Shown here: positions 37,801 through 49,919 of the stretch, piece by piece | How positions within the stretch are numbered: the stretch's first letter is position 1 | Layout: each line of letters starts with the position of its first letter | NCBI GenBank assembly: GCA_043228905.1 | Contig: JBHGNT010000008.1 | Location: 1,178,001-1,242,000 of the forward strand | Direction: 5' to 3' | From: Azolla caroliniana | Lineage: Eukaryota; Plantae; Polypodiophyta | DNA: 64,000 bases | Notes under the pieces: model-generated | Told to the model about the DNA's origin: nothing | Seen by the model: the letters and a program-made list of their open reading frames with translations, nothing else | The model's database searches: none | Program-made: the position numbers and the translations under genes

Positions 37801-39252
37801 CACATAAATAGGGTTCCACATATTAGTTATTGGAGCTACACTAGTATTAATCCATTGTTTTCCTAAATTTGAAGTATGAATTGTGGCGTGCACTAGTTCT
37901 AATCCAAATGTAAATTGACATCATATAATACAAACAATAGAATAGTAGAGCCACATACCGTACGGGTGTACTTTAAAACCCCAAGCATAGTGCCACTCAG
38001 CAACAACTGTAGTTTTACTGTCCATACATGTATTTTCTTTCTCAAAATGATACTTAGCACATAACACATGATATGTGTGCAAGCACGGTGTAATCACAAC
38101 ATCCATAGCCTCAAGCTTGAATCTGAGGCCACAAAATATACACCTGGCAGATTGCAAACACAAGTTATAATATATTAGCTAATATGATATTTATACCACA
38201 GAAGTAGAAATAAATAACTTTTGAAGCCAACACCGTGATATAGCTATACTAGTAATGGTACTTTCCATACCACTTGGGTGCTCAATTACAGATGGACACA
38301 AAGTTTCAAAACCTTTTCGTTTTAAATCCTGCATCAAGCACGCAAGGTTCTGGGAATGCAACTTTAAAGCTGACAACTTATTATCTAGTTCGCAATGTGC
38401 AATTCTGCAAGTATCAAGGTCCCTCATTTGTGATCCTAATTGAGTGCCCATATTGTTCAGCTCTTTCTTCAACTCCTCTTTCAACACCTCACTTTCTGAA
38501 TTTTGGATTGTCGATGCAATCCATTCATATGTAGTCTTTATTGAAGAGAATTGCTTTTCTACCTATATCTCAGCTGATTTAACTGCTTCCAAATTAGCAA
38601 GTAGTGCTTGTATTCTTGAGCTCATAGAAGCTATTCAACCAGCCATCATCTGTTCATGCTTTTCAATCACTGTGGCTTGTAGCTTTGCAGATTGAACTTG
38701 GTGGACATGTGTTGTAGCTGGAATATCCACATGAGAGGTTCCCGATGACTTCAAGGCAGTGTTGGTACCGGAGGACCCTTTATAATGTTCTAATCGGTGA
38801 CGATTAAAATCTTCCCAATCTACGTTGATGCCTCCCTGAACTTCACATGCAAATGCACGTGCAAAAACAGTACCCACCTCATTGTTACAGATTTGATTAG
38901 TATCATAAACAAGTTCATATCTCGTCTTCAATAAGTTCACATATTCCTTCTTCAATCCACTTATGTGGAATCCTCGCCTTGTATCAAGATGTGGTGACCC
39001 CCAGGTTTTTATCAACCACTCTCTCAACTCTTCATAAACTTCAGGTCGTGCTCGAAGGAAATAACGTCATTTGAGAGGTGCGTCTCGAATGATGGAATGA
39101 CACATCTTCTTTCTTTGAGTTGATGAGTTCATCACCCTTTCTCTTCTGGGTGTCTTCTTGCTTTCTTTGATAGGTGTCCTTTTTCTTTCCTTCACTGGTG
39201 TCTTCACTTTCTCTTTCACCAATGTCTTCTTTATGGGTGTCCTTCTCGTCAT
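34870..39252 (-). pseudogene. Cargo/accessory gene of the Sola-like element: basic N-terminus, unknown domain, coiled coil, RING-H2 finger, acidic repeat tail (multi-exon, decayed; 3' end approximate)
   Basis: In-frame ORFs 39067-39297, 38635-39027 and 38191-38487. A GT-AG intron (~38144-38233) joins ISR to CIFC-x15-CLHTYHVLC-x10-C. Further minus-strand ORFs at 36670-36993, 35667-36083 and 35110-35682 have HEECGKNIASTEEE repeats. Confidence 0.6.
37010..37800. repeat. Degenerate AGTACTAA-rich tandem array in an intron of the cargo gene
   Basis: Recurrent TTCCCAAATTACA...TAGTACTAATCGTGAACAATGTACTACA units. Confidence 0.75.
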
Positions 39253-40099
39253 TGTGCTAGTCTTCACTATTCTTGTTGAGAGAATATGCATGTACAAGAA
39301 GAAAACTCATCAAAATACCATCAACAACCAGCAAATCATTATAGCCAACTCAATCTAAGTTGCATGTACAAGCCATGTCAAACACACAAAAACCCTAAAT
39401 AGTCGGAAAAAAACTCATCCATGTCAAACACAAAATAAAAACAGACAGACATGAAACACAAAGAAAACAAAAACATACCAATTGGGCATGCAACACATAG
39501 AATATGATTAATCAAACCCTAAATAGTCGGAAAAAAACTCATCCATGTCAAACACACACAAAATAAAAACAAACGAACAGGAAACACAAAGAAAAGGAAA
39601 GCATACCAGTTGGGCATGTAGCACATAGAATATGAATAATCAAACCCTAAAAATGCAGCACAGAGAATACCTAGAGGTCGTACAAGTTGTAGATGGAACG
39701 ATGGGTCGAAGGCAGATGGAGCCAAGGTCAAGGCAGAGGTACCACACTTTGCTGATTTCTTCACCTTGGGAGCACACCAAGCCGAGAAAATCACCTATAT
39801 GCAAGAGGTTGTTGATGAGGCTATTGCAGAGGAGAGAAACGACCATACACAGAGAAAGCACATCAACAACAAGAACAACGTTAGTAGAGGGGAAACAACA
39901 ATCTCTGCATATACATAGTTCAGAGATCGTAGGGAAACAACAACAAAAATCATGCACAGAGGGAACACAACAAGAATTACGTGGGGAAACAGAGAATCGA
40001 AGGTGGAGTGAGAGAGAGCAAGAGAGAAAGAGAGAGATAGGTAATAGATTTGTGTTTGATTTCTAAGTTTATGCCACTATCTGAATGACAACTTTGAGA

Positions 40100-40116
40100 T
40101 AGAAGAGAGAGAGAGA

Positions 40117-40154
<38 letters not shown>

Positions 40155-40230
40155 GTGAGAGTGAGAGAGACTAACCAACTGACACGTTCGACTACCCATA
40201 CCAGAGAGAGAGAGAGAGAGAGACTGAGAC
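40100..40230. repeat. (AG)n microsatellite; CT-rich leader of the minus-strand cargo gene
   Basis: Read directly. Confidence 0.85.
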
Positions 40231-42949
40231 TAACCAACTAACACACTCGAAACCTTCTCCAGGTCTGCTTTCGTACAACTCTACGTAGAAGAATGAAGTT
40301 ATAGTTAATGTATTAAATACGGCCTTGAGACAATTCGATTGTGACGTATAATATCTTTGTACATTCGTATTGAATTTGTTATATGAATTAGAACCTCATT
40401 CAATGGATGATAATCCACTATTTTCAGCACTAATTGTTTTATTTTCAATTTTTCATGTTTATTTTCTTCCTCGATTTAGTACTAAATTTTTGGCCAAAAG
40501 TTGGTACACCGTAGCATGCTTCGACCCAATCCAAAAATAATATACAAGACATATAATGATACAATCTAGTGGCAGGTAAGATATCCCCCATTATGTCATA
40601 ATTGAAACCAACCTCCACCTATGGAGGAAACAACCATTGCAGGGGTACATATTGCCAATCCATTTTGTCATTTCTCTCCACAAAAACTAACAAATCCTTC
40701 CATTTTCCTTTAAATTATTGTTGTTTCAGAAAAATCATATCTTCATTACCCCTGAAGGAGTCATATTGACCTTTTAAAATTGAGATAAGCATCGACCAAA
40801 TTTCCTTCACACAATGAACATGATTTTGCTTTATTTGTTGAAACACATTTTTGCATTGACCTATCCAAATATTCCATAGAACCATCGATGATATAGTATA
40901 CCATACTGTGGCATCTGCCTTGCCTATCTTGGACATCCTCTATCATATTAAAGTTCCAAACTAATGCCCAATGATCAATCTGTTGGGGTATTTCTAATAA
41001 AATTTCACTCCAAAAACGAAACCTCACTACCTCCGAATTTGGGCCATAAAGATTAATTAAAGCCCACATAATCTCTCCTATTTGAAAAACAATGTATTGT
41101 GCTTGTTTATTAGATAATGATCATGACATAATTAGATGTGAGGCCCAAATATGTGAAACCGCAATACATAAACCCCCATGAATTTTGTGTGGACCAAAGC
41201 CTGGCAACTGGAAGTGTTGCCACCTCCCAAGGAGAAGATTTTCATATCTTAAGAGACGTTGTTCCCCTAAATCATGCGCACATCTATTGTCCCTACGAAG
41301 GGTTTTTCCAATTCCTGTTTAAAAGCCCCTCTCATTCGTCTAAAACTACTACCTCCTAATCCTTGTATATTCCATGAGAGTATATTCAGAACATCCATAA
41401 ATAAACTAGGCATTAGGACACTATCCATTTCTCTGCCAAAACAAGACCTTTACGTTTTCCTTAGCAACACGTAATTGTCTTCTAGTTGTCATCATATCTT
41501 TACCTGAATATGTGCGTGAACGGACTGGGATCACCTTTTCTAGTGTGGATGTATCCCCTATAACCAAAGATATTGCCGAAAAGGAAAATTATTAGTACTT
41601 TGAGGACTTCTCTTTTCCAAAACCGAGATAGATTTCTGTTTTGATGTATCTTCATCATATATTACTAAAGATAATTGGTTTTCACAATCCATGTCGACAC
41701 CAAAAGAGTCTATCGTTCGCCCTTTGTCCTAAGAGGTCAGGTGGGGCAAGGAATGAATGATATGCTTTCCTTTATCCCCAAATTGATTACCTTTGACCTG
41801 CCCAATACACATAGCCTCTAACTTATGATGGCTTGTAGGGAGACCGTATCATTAAATTCTTTTATCGACAAGACTTCCTGATCCTGTTTCGAGGATGTTG
41901 TAATCTGCTTTAGTGACTTTATTCACCTCCCTTAAATTATTTTGCAATGAAATATCATGACCTTCCCTGCTATTCAAAACATTATAACGATTGCAATCCA
42001 ACAAAAACATAGAATTTACCGGAGAGCTAGATTGTTTAAAAGAATGCTTAGTTGTAACTGGTGTCCAATCGGCTTTGCCCATCTTACTTGTCAATTTTAA
42101 GACCTCCTCTGATCGATAGAGTCTATGTGGACAATCCTTCCCTAAATGCCCAAATATATTGGCATATAAAACATTGATCTAGGAGCCCCTGATACATAAT
42201 CCTCTAGGTTAACGGTTCCCTATGTTCCTGCAAATTCGGCAACAAAACAAAAGATGGTAATACACTATTCCTAGGTGCCAAAATCCTCACTAACGGTGCT
42301 CCTTGTATACGATCATCATCTTGTGAAGCCTCATTTTTAATAGCTATTATTGTGCCTAGAAGAGAGCCAATTTGGGTTAACACTTGAGCATTTCTTTCTT
42401 CAATCTCGGAAAAATGGCAATAAAGATCATATTGGTGTCTTTGTTCTGTAGAATATCGTCTGCAATCACATTGTCATTCCACTTATAAAAAGATATCCAC
42501 ACACCTTACAATGATGTATGCATGATCTCCAACAGATGGGCAACAGATGAATGATCGGAAAACTCCAAATGGTAACATCCTTTGCCCATTAATGTTATGT
42601 CTACCACATTATTTATTTCTTCCAGAAAATTCTCATACAACATACGATGCAACTAAGGCCTATTCGGCCTTAATCCTTCCAAATGTGCCAGAAATGAAAC
42701 CACCTACAACCGTGGTATTTCTATCAACACAAGGTGTTTTTGCATTATCTGACAATGAGAGTGAGACCACCTTACTTAAAATATGAGACGAGATGTTAGG
42801 CGGGTCGAGGGAAGTTACATCGGAACTCCCTTTGTGCGTTGACTCAGGTTTTAGGAGGAGATTGACGTGTATTTGTTGTTTTTGTGTTCTGTCTATACAT
42901 TTTAGCATATCTTCCTCATAGATCTACGATTCAATCCCATCAACATATT

Positions 42950-44520
42950 GTGACCAGAGTGCCTCACGTGAGTGTGTGGATAGGTGTAGTTGCACATGTT
43001 ATAGGGTGCATAACTAAGATGTCTTGAGGTAGGTTAGCCATGAAATCCTCACAGGTCAAAGTGTGACCCGTGATGAGACCTTTGGAGGGTCTAGTGTAGG
43101 TTTCCACATGAAAGCGTTAGTTGCGTTTAGAGGCTAGTCAAAATCTTTTGTCATTGGTTAGACTAGGCAATTTATAAGCATTCGTTAGATACCCACTATA
43201 GTTGGCCATTCTAATGGGGAGAATTGCATTTTTAAGGACCGACATTTGTCTAGCGTGTCGACATCTTGTGCAAACCTCCAAGTGTTGCCAATCTTCTAGG
43301 TGTTTTGGAGTTGGGTGTGGTGGTGTGGGTCCCAATATTGTTTTTGGTGTTTATAGTATCTTATTACACTTGGAATACATCGTCATCATGGTGAGACTTG
43401 GTATTCGATATAAGGGGATGGACTCAAGAAACATCCTTGTGGTTGTCAGGGTCGTGTGAGAATCAGAGGTCTCATGAAAGAATTCATTCTTGAGATTGAC
43501 ACATCTTGGAAAGTAGATGGTGTATTCACTTTTCCAACATAACTCTTGTAATAGAACGCTTATAGATAGTAAAACTTTGGGCAAGAGTGCATGTGTAAAG
43601 AAGATGGACAAGCCAGTAGCTATTTTAATTAGGAAAAAGAAAGACTTGAGACAATCCTTCATGTAACATGTCAAATGCCATGAGTGATTCATCACATTCA
43701 TTAATGTGTGGGAACTTAAAGGCCCACCATGCTTTAAAGGGTATGAGCATCAAAGTTGCTCCAGTATCCACCAGCGTAGACAATGACACCTTTCAAATGT
43801 GGTAAGGTAGGTCAAATGCTTGGGGTTGTGTGATTGTCCCTACCGTAATGTTTATTAAGTGAACATGGCCTTAACAGTTGAGCTTGGCTAAAGAGGATTA
43901 ATGTTTCTAATCTTAGTAGTACATGATACGTTTTCAACTTATTCCCATTGGCGAAGCCAAGGAGGTTTTGTCTTTCCAGGTTTGATATTAAGCAATCACT
44001 TGTTTTGGTATTTCGAATCACCATGTAGGCCTCTTCTCCCAAAAGCTTCAACTTCTTTTTATTTTATGTAGGAGTGAGTTTGTTGAAGTATTCATCCCGC
44101 TTTTACTTCTTTATCTTTAATCTTGTGATCATGCCACCAAACACTTTACTATTTGCTTTCTACTACACGTTTGAGGTTTGCAAGAGGAAAGGGTAGTTCT
44201 CCATCCACCACTCTTGAAGGGTGATGCATATTAATCTAGGCATTCATAATTCAAAAGTGTATGTCGAGTAGCTACTTTGAAGGATATTTGGAATTCTTAG
44301 AGTGCTAAATCTTGTAACTCCAATTGGATCATGACATGTCCACTATCCTTTTCAAGATGTTACAAAGGATCTTGTTGGAACTCTTTACTTGGTTTTGCAC
44401 CTAGGTTAGCGAGGCAAGCTTCCCCCCCCCCAACCATCATGAACTTGCCCAGAAGTTTCTCTAGGAATTCATTCAAGAAATGGAAACCTTGATCACCTAC
44501 TAGCTCTAGAAGGGGCACAC
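42950..44520 (-). mobile_element. Highly degenerate Ty3/gypsy gag-protease fragment (boundaries approximate)
   Basis: Minus-strand VSLSTLVDTGATL at ~43755-43790, with gag-like and RT-start-like remnants on either side. Confidence 0.45.
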
Positions 44521-47098
44521 AAAATTAGTCATAGTGTGGGTGTCGATTTTAGTACAAGCTCTAGATTCCTGCAAATCTAAGGCTTTCTCTACTCGTGATG
44601 CTTCAAAAATATATTTTCTCCATGTTACTAATATATTGATGATACCCTAGCTTTTGGTTTTGTTATTTTTCGTTAAATTTCAGAGAAACCCTCAATATTT
44701 ATAGCTTTGATGGCAATAATCTCATATTTATATAAAACGACTCAATGTATTACTCCAAAGTTGCTAACATCTTCTCGCCATGTAATCATTTTTAAGTTGT
44801 TTTTGTACCTTTAGGAATGGTTTTTGCAAGTGATTTTGAAATGTCATAGCTATTTGTATTCTTAGATTTGTTGTGCTTTACATTATTTCCAACATTTTTC
44901 TTTCACTTTGTCTACTTGTTGCATCATCTTCTAGTTCTTATATCGTCCATGCATGTGTTACTCCTTGCTTTGGTCCATCTGCTTTGTTTCTCACCTTTAG
45001 AATATGTTTAGTTTGTGTTTATTTTGTTTTCTAGATTGCACAGTTTTTAGAAACCTTGGCCATGTGTTCTTACGAATCATTTTATGCTTGGTGGGTTCGA
45101 CAAAATGATCAAATTTGAATTTAAAGGTTTTTAATGTCATTTCTATAAATGCTTTATAGATATGCGAGGGAAGTTTTGGTATTTGGTCAAAATAGCTATG
45201 ATTTCCAAAGGAATATTCTATTTGTTTCCTTTAATGCTAAACCTTGCCCTTTTGCAATCCAAATGTGTTTTTTGTTTTTAACAACTTTCTTGTTTTTTTA
45301 TCTAAATGTGTATCTTGCTTTAACGAGATGTCATTGTTTATTTGTCTCATGTTGTTTTTTATCTATATTATCTTTTGGTTGACTTAAATATTTGCTTAAA
45401 ATGGCTCATTGATATGTTTGAATGCATACAACATTGGAAGGTCAATCGGGCATACTTCTCAAATGTTCCATATTGAACATTTGGGTTTGTCGTGGTATGC
45501 GCAATAATTGTTTCTACATGTGCCAAATAAAAGAATACACAAGCATATGGTGCACACCGAACTTATGTATTGATGATGTGTGAATCCTTCACGTTAGGTT
45601 TCCACCATCTATATTACTATTATTTTTTCATGTTTCGTATTCAAAGGGTCTAAACGTTATCTACTTGCATGTGATCTCATATGTGTTGTCGCTTGTGCAC
45701 AATTGTTCACAATGTTTGTTTTACAAATTGTAATATTTGACAATTCTTACACATTGCACTATTGCAAATATTTTGGTACGGGTTGTTGGATAAAGTTATT
45801 TGTAAAATGATTTCTTCTAGAAGGAAATTCTCATTGTGCATGTTGTTTTGATATGAAGAATATCATTATGCTATTCTATTGCACACGAGAACTTGCTAGC
45901 ATTTGATCTTCAAGGCATTGGTATTCTTTGTTTTGGAGAGATCAAGTTTTTTAATTTAGGGCCGAACTCTTAGAATTTGCATATTCTATACTAAACAAAG
46001 ATGAAGAATTTCCTTACCTTAATGTTGTACCTAAAGTCTTGTTAGCGTTTCCTTCGGACAATGGTATTGTTTGTTGTGGAAAGTGATTTGTAAAGCCACA
46101 TTTTTAGAATCAAACTCTTAGCCTACGTGATCTCAACTTGAAAAAACATGAGGAATAGGGTTGAGGGTTTAGGTGTATGAATGAGCCACACAACGCCGCC
46201 ATGTTTATCATATATTTAATTTAATAAGTTTAAATGGAAAAATCCAAGCATTGGTTTGACTTTGAGCTAGTAGATCTAATACGGTCTTGTTTAGCTGACA
46301 TTCTAACGTGAGTTAATGCTTGTTCCGCATCATTCCTTCTTTCTCAGATTACTGGTTAATGCGTGATCTTGATCATTGTTCATTCATGGCTCACATTTAT
46401 CTTCACACGTGCTTTTGTTTCTTGGAGATATACATGTATAAAAAATATGGATCATCCAATTCATTCGTTTGTGAACATGCCACATACTCCTATTCCCCTC
46501 CGTGAACATATTGCCTATCTCAACATAGTGCTATATAATATATACTATAGATTGTAAACGTTTCAAGAAATTGAATTTAGGTATTGAGAAGCAAACACGC
46601 TTCACTTTCCAATGGAAGGTCCTTCACCTAGTTTTGAAAAGTTGGTCATGCATGTAGACCCTATAACATGAAAATGTTTCTCATCTTTTGTCAATCTCTT
46701 TGTTGGATTGGTATTAAAGATTAATCCATAGTGCCTACATATTTTTCATAAACAAGTAATCTCAATATAGTGCCTACATATTTCTCAAAAAACAACAGGC
46801 AACATAACTTGGGTGCTTTGCACGTAATGTCTTGTTTATTATATGTGTATATTGTGTGCGGAGAGGTCATTCCCAACTTGTAGTTATAGAAATCCAACCA
46901 CCGAGGTGATTCTCGTTGACCACTCGATCCTCACGTGCCGTTCATTCTGATCAAAACATCACTTATGAGATAGGGTCGATGAACCACTTGAGGCGATTCT
47001 TGACAATGCTAATAATTTAAAATCATGTGATTATTATCTTTAATCAACTTCCTCAAATTATGACACCACCGTCGGCGATGCCGACTACAAAAACATAG

Positions 47099-47105
47099 TA
47101 TAAAA
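47099..47105 (+). promoter_or_regulatory. Probable TATA box of the pectate lyase gene
   Basis: TATAAAA about 130 nt upstream of ATG 47231. Confidence 0.5.
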
Positions 47106-47230
47106 GAGAGGCAATCTACAACAAATTAATTCAACATTGAATCATTATCACTTGTATAGAAGGTCCCATTTCATATAACACTAACACACATATCTTCATT
47201 ATTACAAATATGGCCCAGTGTATTAATAGT

Positions 47231-49322
47231 ATGAAGACAAATAGTCATAAAAAGGACTTGGTTGCAGCCCTACTAATGTTATTTCTGGGTAATATTATGT
47301 TAGCCACAAACTTTACTACTGCAGCCTCCAATTATAATAGGTAACTATATATATTGTCACTAACATAATACCAGCGAATTGAAGATCATAAATAAGTGCC
47401 GATTAGCTCACTAATAACCAAAGGAGCAAATACCCCCCTTGTAAACAAAATCATAGAAATTTATGAGTTGATATTATAAATAGATATAATTAGATTAAAA
47501 CGATTTAGAATGAAAGAAAGGCTGTTTTGGTTTTGAAGTGTTTGAGCTAGGGCCATGTCCTTGTGATTTTACTCAAATCATATCTAATTTTAGTTAGAGA
47601 CAAGGTTATATCATCTACCAAACTCCTAATACAAGATTAGCTTACTTTAATCCCCCCTCTCCACAATGAGAGTAAACTAGTAATCCCATAATGAAATTGA
47701 TCAAATATCTCAAGATCCTCTCTCCTAATTGAGATAACTAAAGGTTTTTCAAAATCCTTCGAAATGTCGCCATTTGCATGACTTTGGCTATGAAGTAATT
47801 ATTTACTTATGTAGAGACCAATACAGTTAATTTAAGATTAGACGTATTTACCTCCCAATGTTCTCCATCTCTCATATGGATGATTTTAACAAAATTGGTA
47901 TATATACAAGCATGGGGACAAGTTAAGTTGTGGACAAGTTTTAGCTTAATGTCCTTGTGCCATAGGGAAGTTGATCATATGGAGAAATTACATGCAGGAT
48001 CGATAAATGTTGGCGAGGAAGCACCAGTTGGGCACAATCTCGGATGAAGCTAGCCGATTGCGCCATCGGCTTCGGTAGCAAGACCACGGGCGGGAAGGGC
48101 GGGAGCTTCTACGTAGTCACCAATGAAGGTGACGACACGGACAACCCCAAGCCCGGGACGTTACGCTATGGTGTGATCCAGAAGGAGCCTCTCTGGATCT
48201 ACTTCGGCCGCAGCATGACCATCAAGCTCAAGTCCGAGCTCTTCATAGCAAGTGACAAGACTCTCGATGGCCGGGGCGCCAATGTCCATATCGCGGAGGG
48301 GCCGTGCATTACAGTTCAAGACGCGAGCAACGTGATCATACACGGGCTGCACATTCACGATTGTCGTGGTGGCGGCTCCGATGGAGATGCCATACGCGTC
48401 TACGCATCGCGCAACGTGTGGATCGACCACAACTCGCTCGCTTCTTGTGAAGATGGTCTCATCGATGTCACCCATGCTTCCTCGCTCGTCACCATCTCCA
48501 ACAATTACTTCTCCGATCATGACAAGGTCATGCTCCTTGGCCATAGCGACACCTATTCCGCAGACACGGCCATGAAAGTCACCGTCGCATTTAACCACTT
48601 CGGCACGGGACTAGTCCAACGTATGCCAAGGTAATCATTGTCGTTTACCTTTAATGTTACTTACCTACTTAAACTCGAGTTTAAATTATATAATGGCCAA
48701 GCAATCCTGCATTCATGAAAGCTGATTGAAATGATTATTCACAGGTGTCGCTTCGGGTATGTCCATGTCTTGAACAATGAATACGATGGATGGGCGCAAT
48801 ATGCGATCGGCGGTAGTGCTGCTCCGACAATCCTCAGTCAAGGCAACCGCTTCCGTGCATCTGGCACAGTCAAGGAGGTAAAAATTACACTAACCTAGTC
48901 CTGTCACACATGAGATTCCATTAACATGATCTATGAACCACCCATTACTAATTAAAGATGCTAAAAGCCATTATTTCCCCAGCTTAGGATTGTTCATCTA
49001 GCAGTTTAGCTTGAGACCATGCACTCACTAAGTTTTACACATTCAAAAACCTGGCAAATCATATGATGTGTACGGTCAGCCCCAAGTACTTATGGTTGTC
49101 TTGGTTGTATAGGTGACGCAGCGCCTCGACACAAGCACGTCGGTGTGGCAGAAGTGGAGGTGGAGATCCATTAACGACACTTTCGTGGATGGGTCGTACT
49201 TCGTACAGTCGGGTACCGAGTCCGACACGGACAATGCCACTTTGCAAGGTAATGGCAAGTTCGCCGCTTACATGACGGCATCAGCCGGAGCCCTCTCATG
49301 CACCACGACCTCGGCTTGTTAG
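47231..49322 (+). CDS. Secreted pectate lyase (polysaccharide lyase family 1), 361 aa; exons 47231-47340, 47998-48630, 48745-48877, 49113-49322
   Basis: Hydrophobic signal peptide in exon 1; [62 protein letters not shown]. Three GT-AG introns keep the frame (1086 nt in total). Confidence 0.95.
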
Positions 49323-49746
49323 AATGAATGCTCAACATATGTATATATATGTGTGTGTGTTTGTGTGTGTACATATTAGAATGATTGTATGATTATGATA
49401 ACAACCACCTTGTAAATTGTAGTTAGCCATTTGCAATAATGAGGCAAGCCCCATTCAAATTTGTCCTCCATTTGATCATGTTATTATTACATGTATTTAA
49501 TACATCAATAATCTCCTGAAAATTGTTACAATTGCAAACAAAAAGTGGAAATACATCAATAATCTCTTAAAAATGGTTACAATTGCAAGCAAAGCTCAAC
49601 AATCAACTATACTCTTTTTAGTTATGAATGGCATGCATCCCAAATCACTTTGGCTCTTTGCTATTCATAATTTGAGCTCACATGATAACCATGCATGATG
49701 ACCAAAGTGACAATCATGCACGATGAAGTTGCGTGGGTTCAACATT

Positions 49747-49919
49747 CTTGTGTGACACATTTCTAATGCATGTCATTTAGCGACACGTCCTTGTGTGACA
49801 CATTTCTAATACATGTCATTTAGCGACACGTCCTTGTGTGACACATTTCTAATGCATGTCATTTAGCGACACGTCCTTGTGTGACACATTTCTAATGCAT
49901 GTCATTTAGTGACACGTCC
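49747..49919. repeat. 43-bp tandem repeat, 4 copies
   Basis: CTTGTGTGACACATTTCTAATGCATGTCATTTAGCGACACGTC x4, near identical. Confidence 0.9.

Larger units (their letters stand above)
26855..40527 (+). mobile_element. Sola2-like DNA transposon, 13.7 kb including nested inserts, with two convergent genes
   Basis: TIRs GGGTGGAAGCACGCTATGGTGTACCA (26855-26880) and TGGTACACCGTAGCATGCTTCGACCC (40502-40527), 23/26 match; exact 4-bp TSD AATC (26851-26854, 40528-40531); GGG termini; transposase motifs inside. Confidence 0.85.
26813..40916 (-). mobile_element. Short 5'-truncated L1 (~430 bp of own sequence: 40532-40916 plus 26813-26850) inserted in the endonuclease of the old L1 and itself split by the Sola-like element
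   Basis: ORF2 C-terminus (VLWNIWIGQCKNVF); poly-A tail seen as T11 at 26815-26825; flanking direct repeat GCCTTGCTTATCT 26800-26812 / GCCTTGCCTATCT 40917-40929 (12/13). Confidence 0.7.
4190..42900 (-). mobile_element. Old L1-clade LINE split into three pieces (~4190-5514, 24870-26812, 40917-~42900) by nested insertions; outer boundaries approximate
   Basis: ORF1 zinc knuckle remnant (GHLGKDCP ~42150). ORF2 start MDVLNILSWNIQGLG at 41398, endonuclease motifs (INLYGPN, FNMIED, SRLDRFY, SDHSPL), RT motifs (WRPITLLNVVYKILAK, SVRQG, FADDTAL), C-terminal part 4200-5510. The frame is continuous across both junctions once the inserts are removed (LLRV*KNLLYW; EDVQDRQGGSLRTISG). Confidence 0.8.

Noticed and set aside
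39390-39650. AAACCCTAAA telomere-like motifs
   Set aside because: Isolated telo-box copies within a ~125-bp local duplication, not a telomeric array.
39632-40066. 144-aa plus-strand ORF near the right TIR
   Set aside because: Low-complexity, A-rich antisense of the cargo gene leader/intron; no domain.
44600-46500. T-rich region with faint minus-strand coding character
   Set aside because: Too decayed to assign to any family by eye.
49747-49919. CRISPR-like appearance of short regular repeats (also 56225-56490 and 29147-29375)
   Set aside because: These are head-to-tail repeats without unique spacers, there are no cas genes, and the context is eukaryotic.
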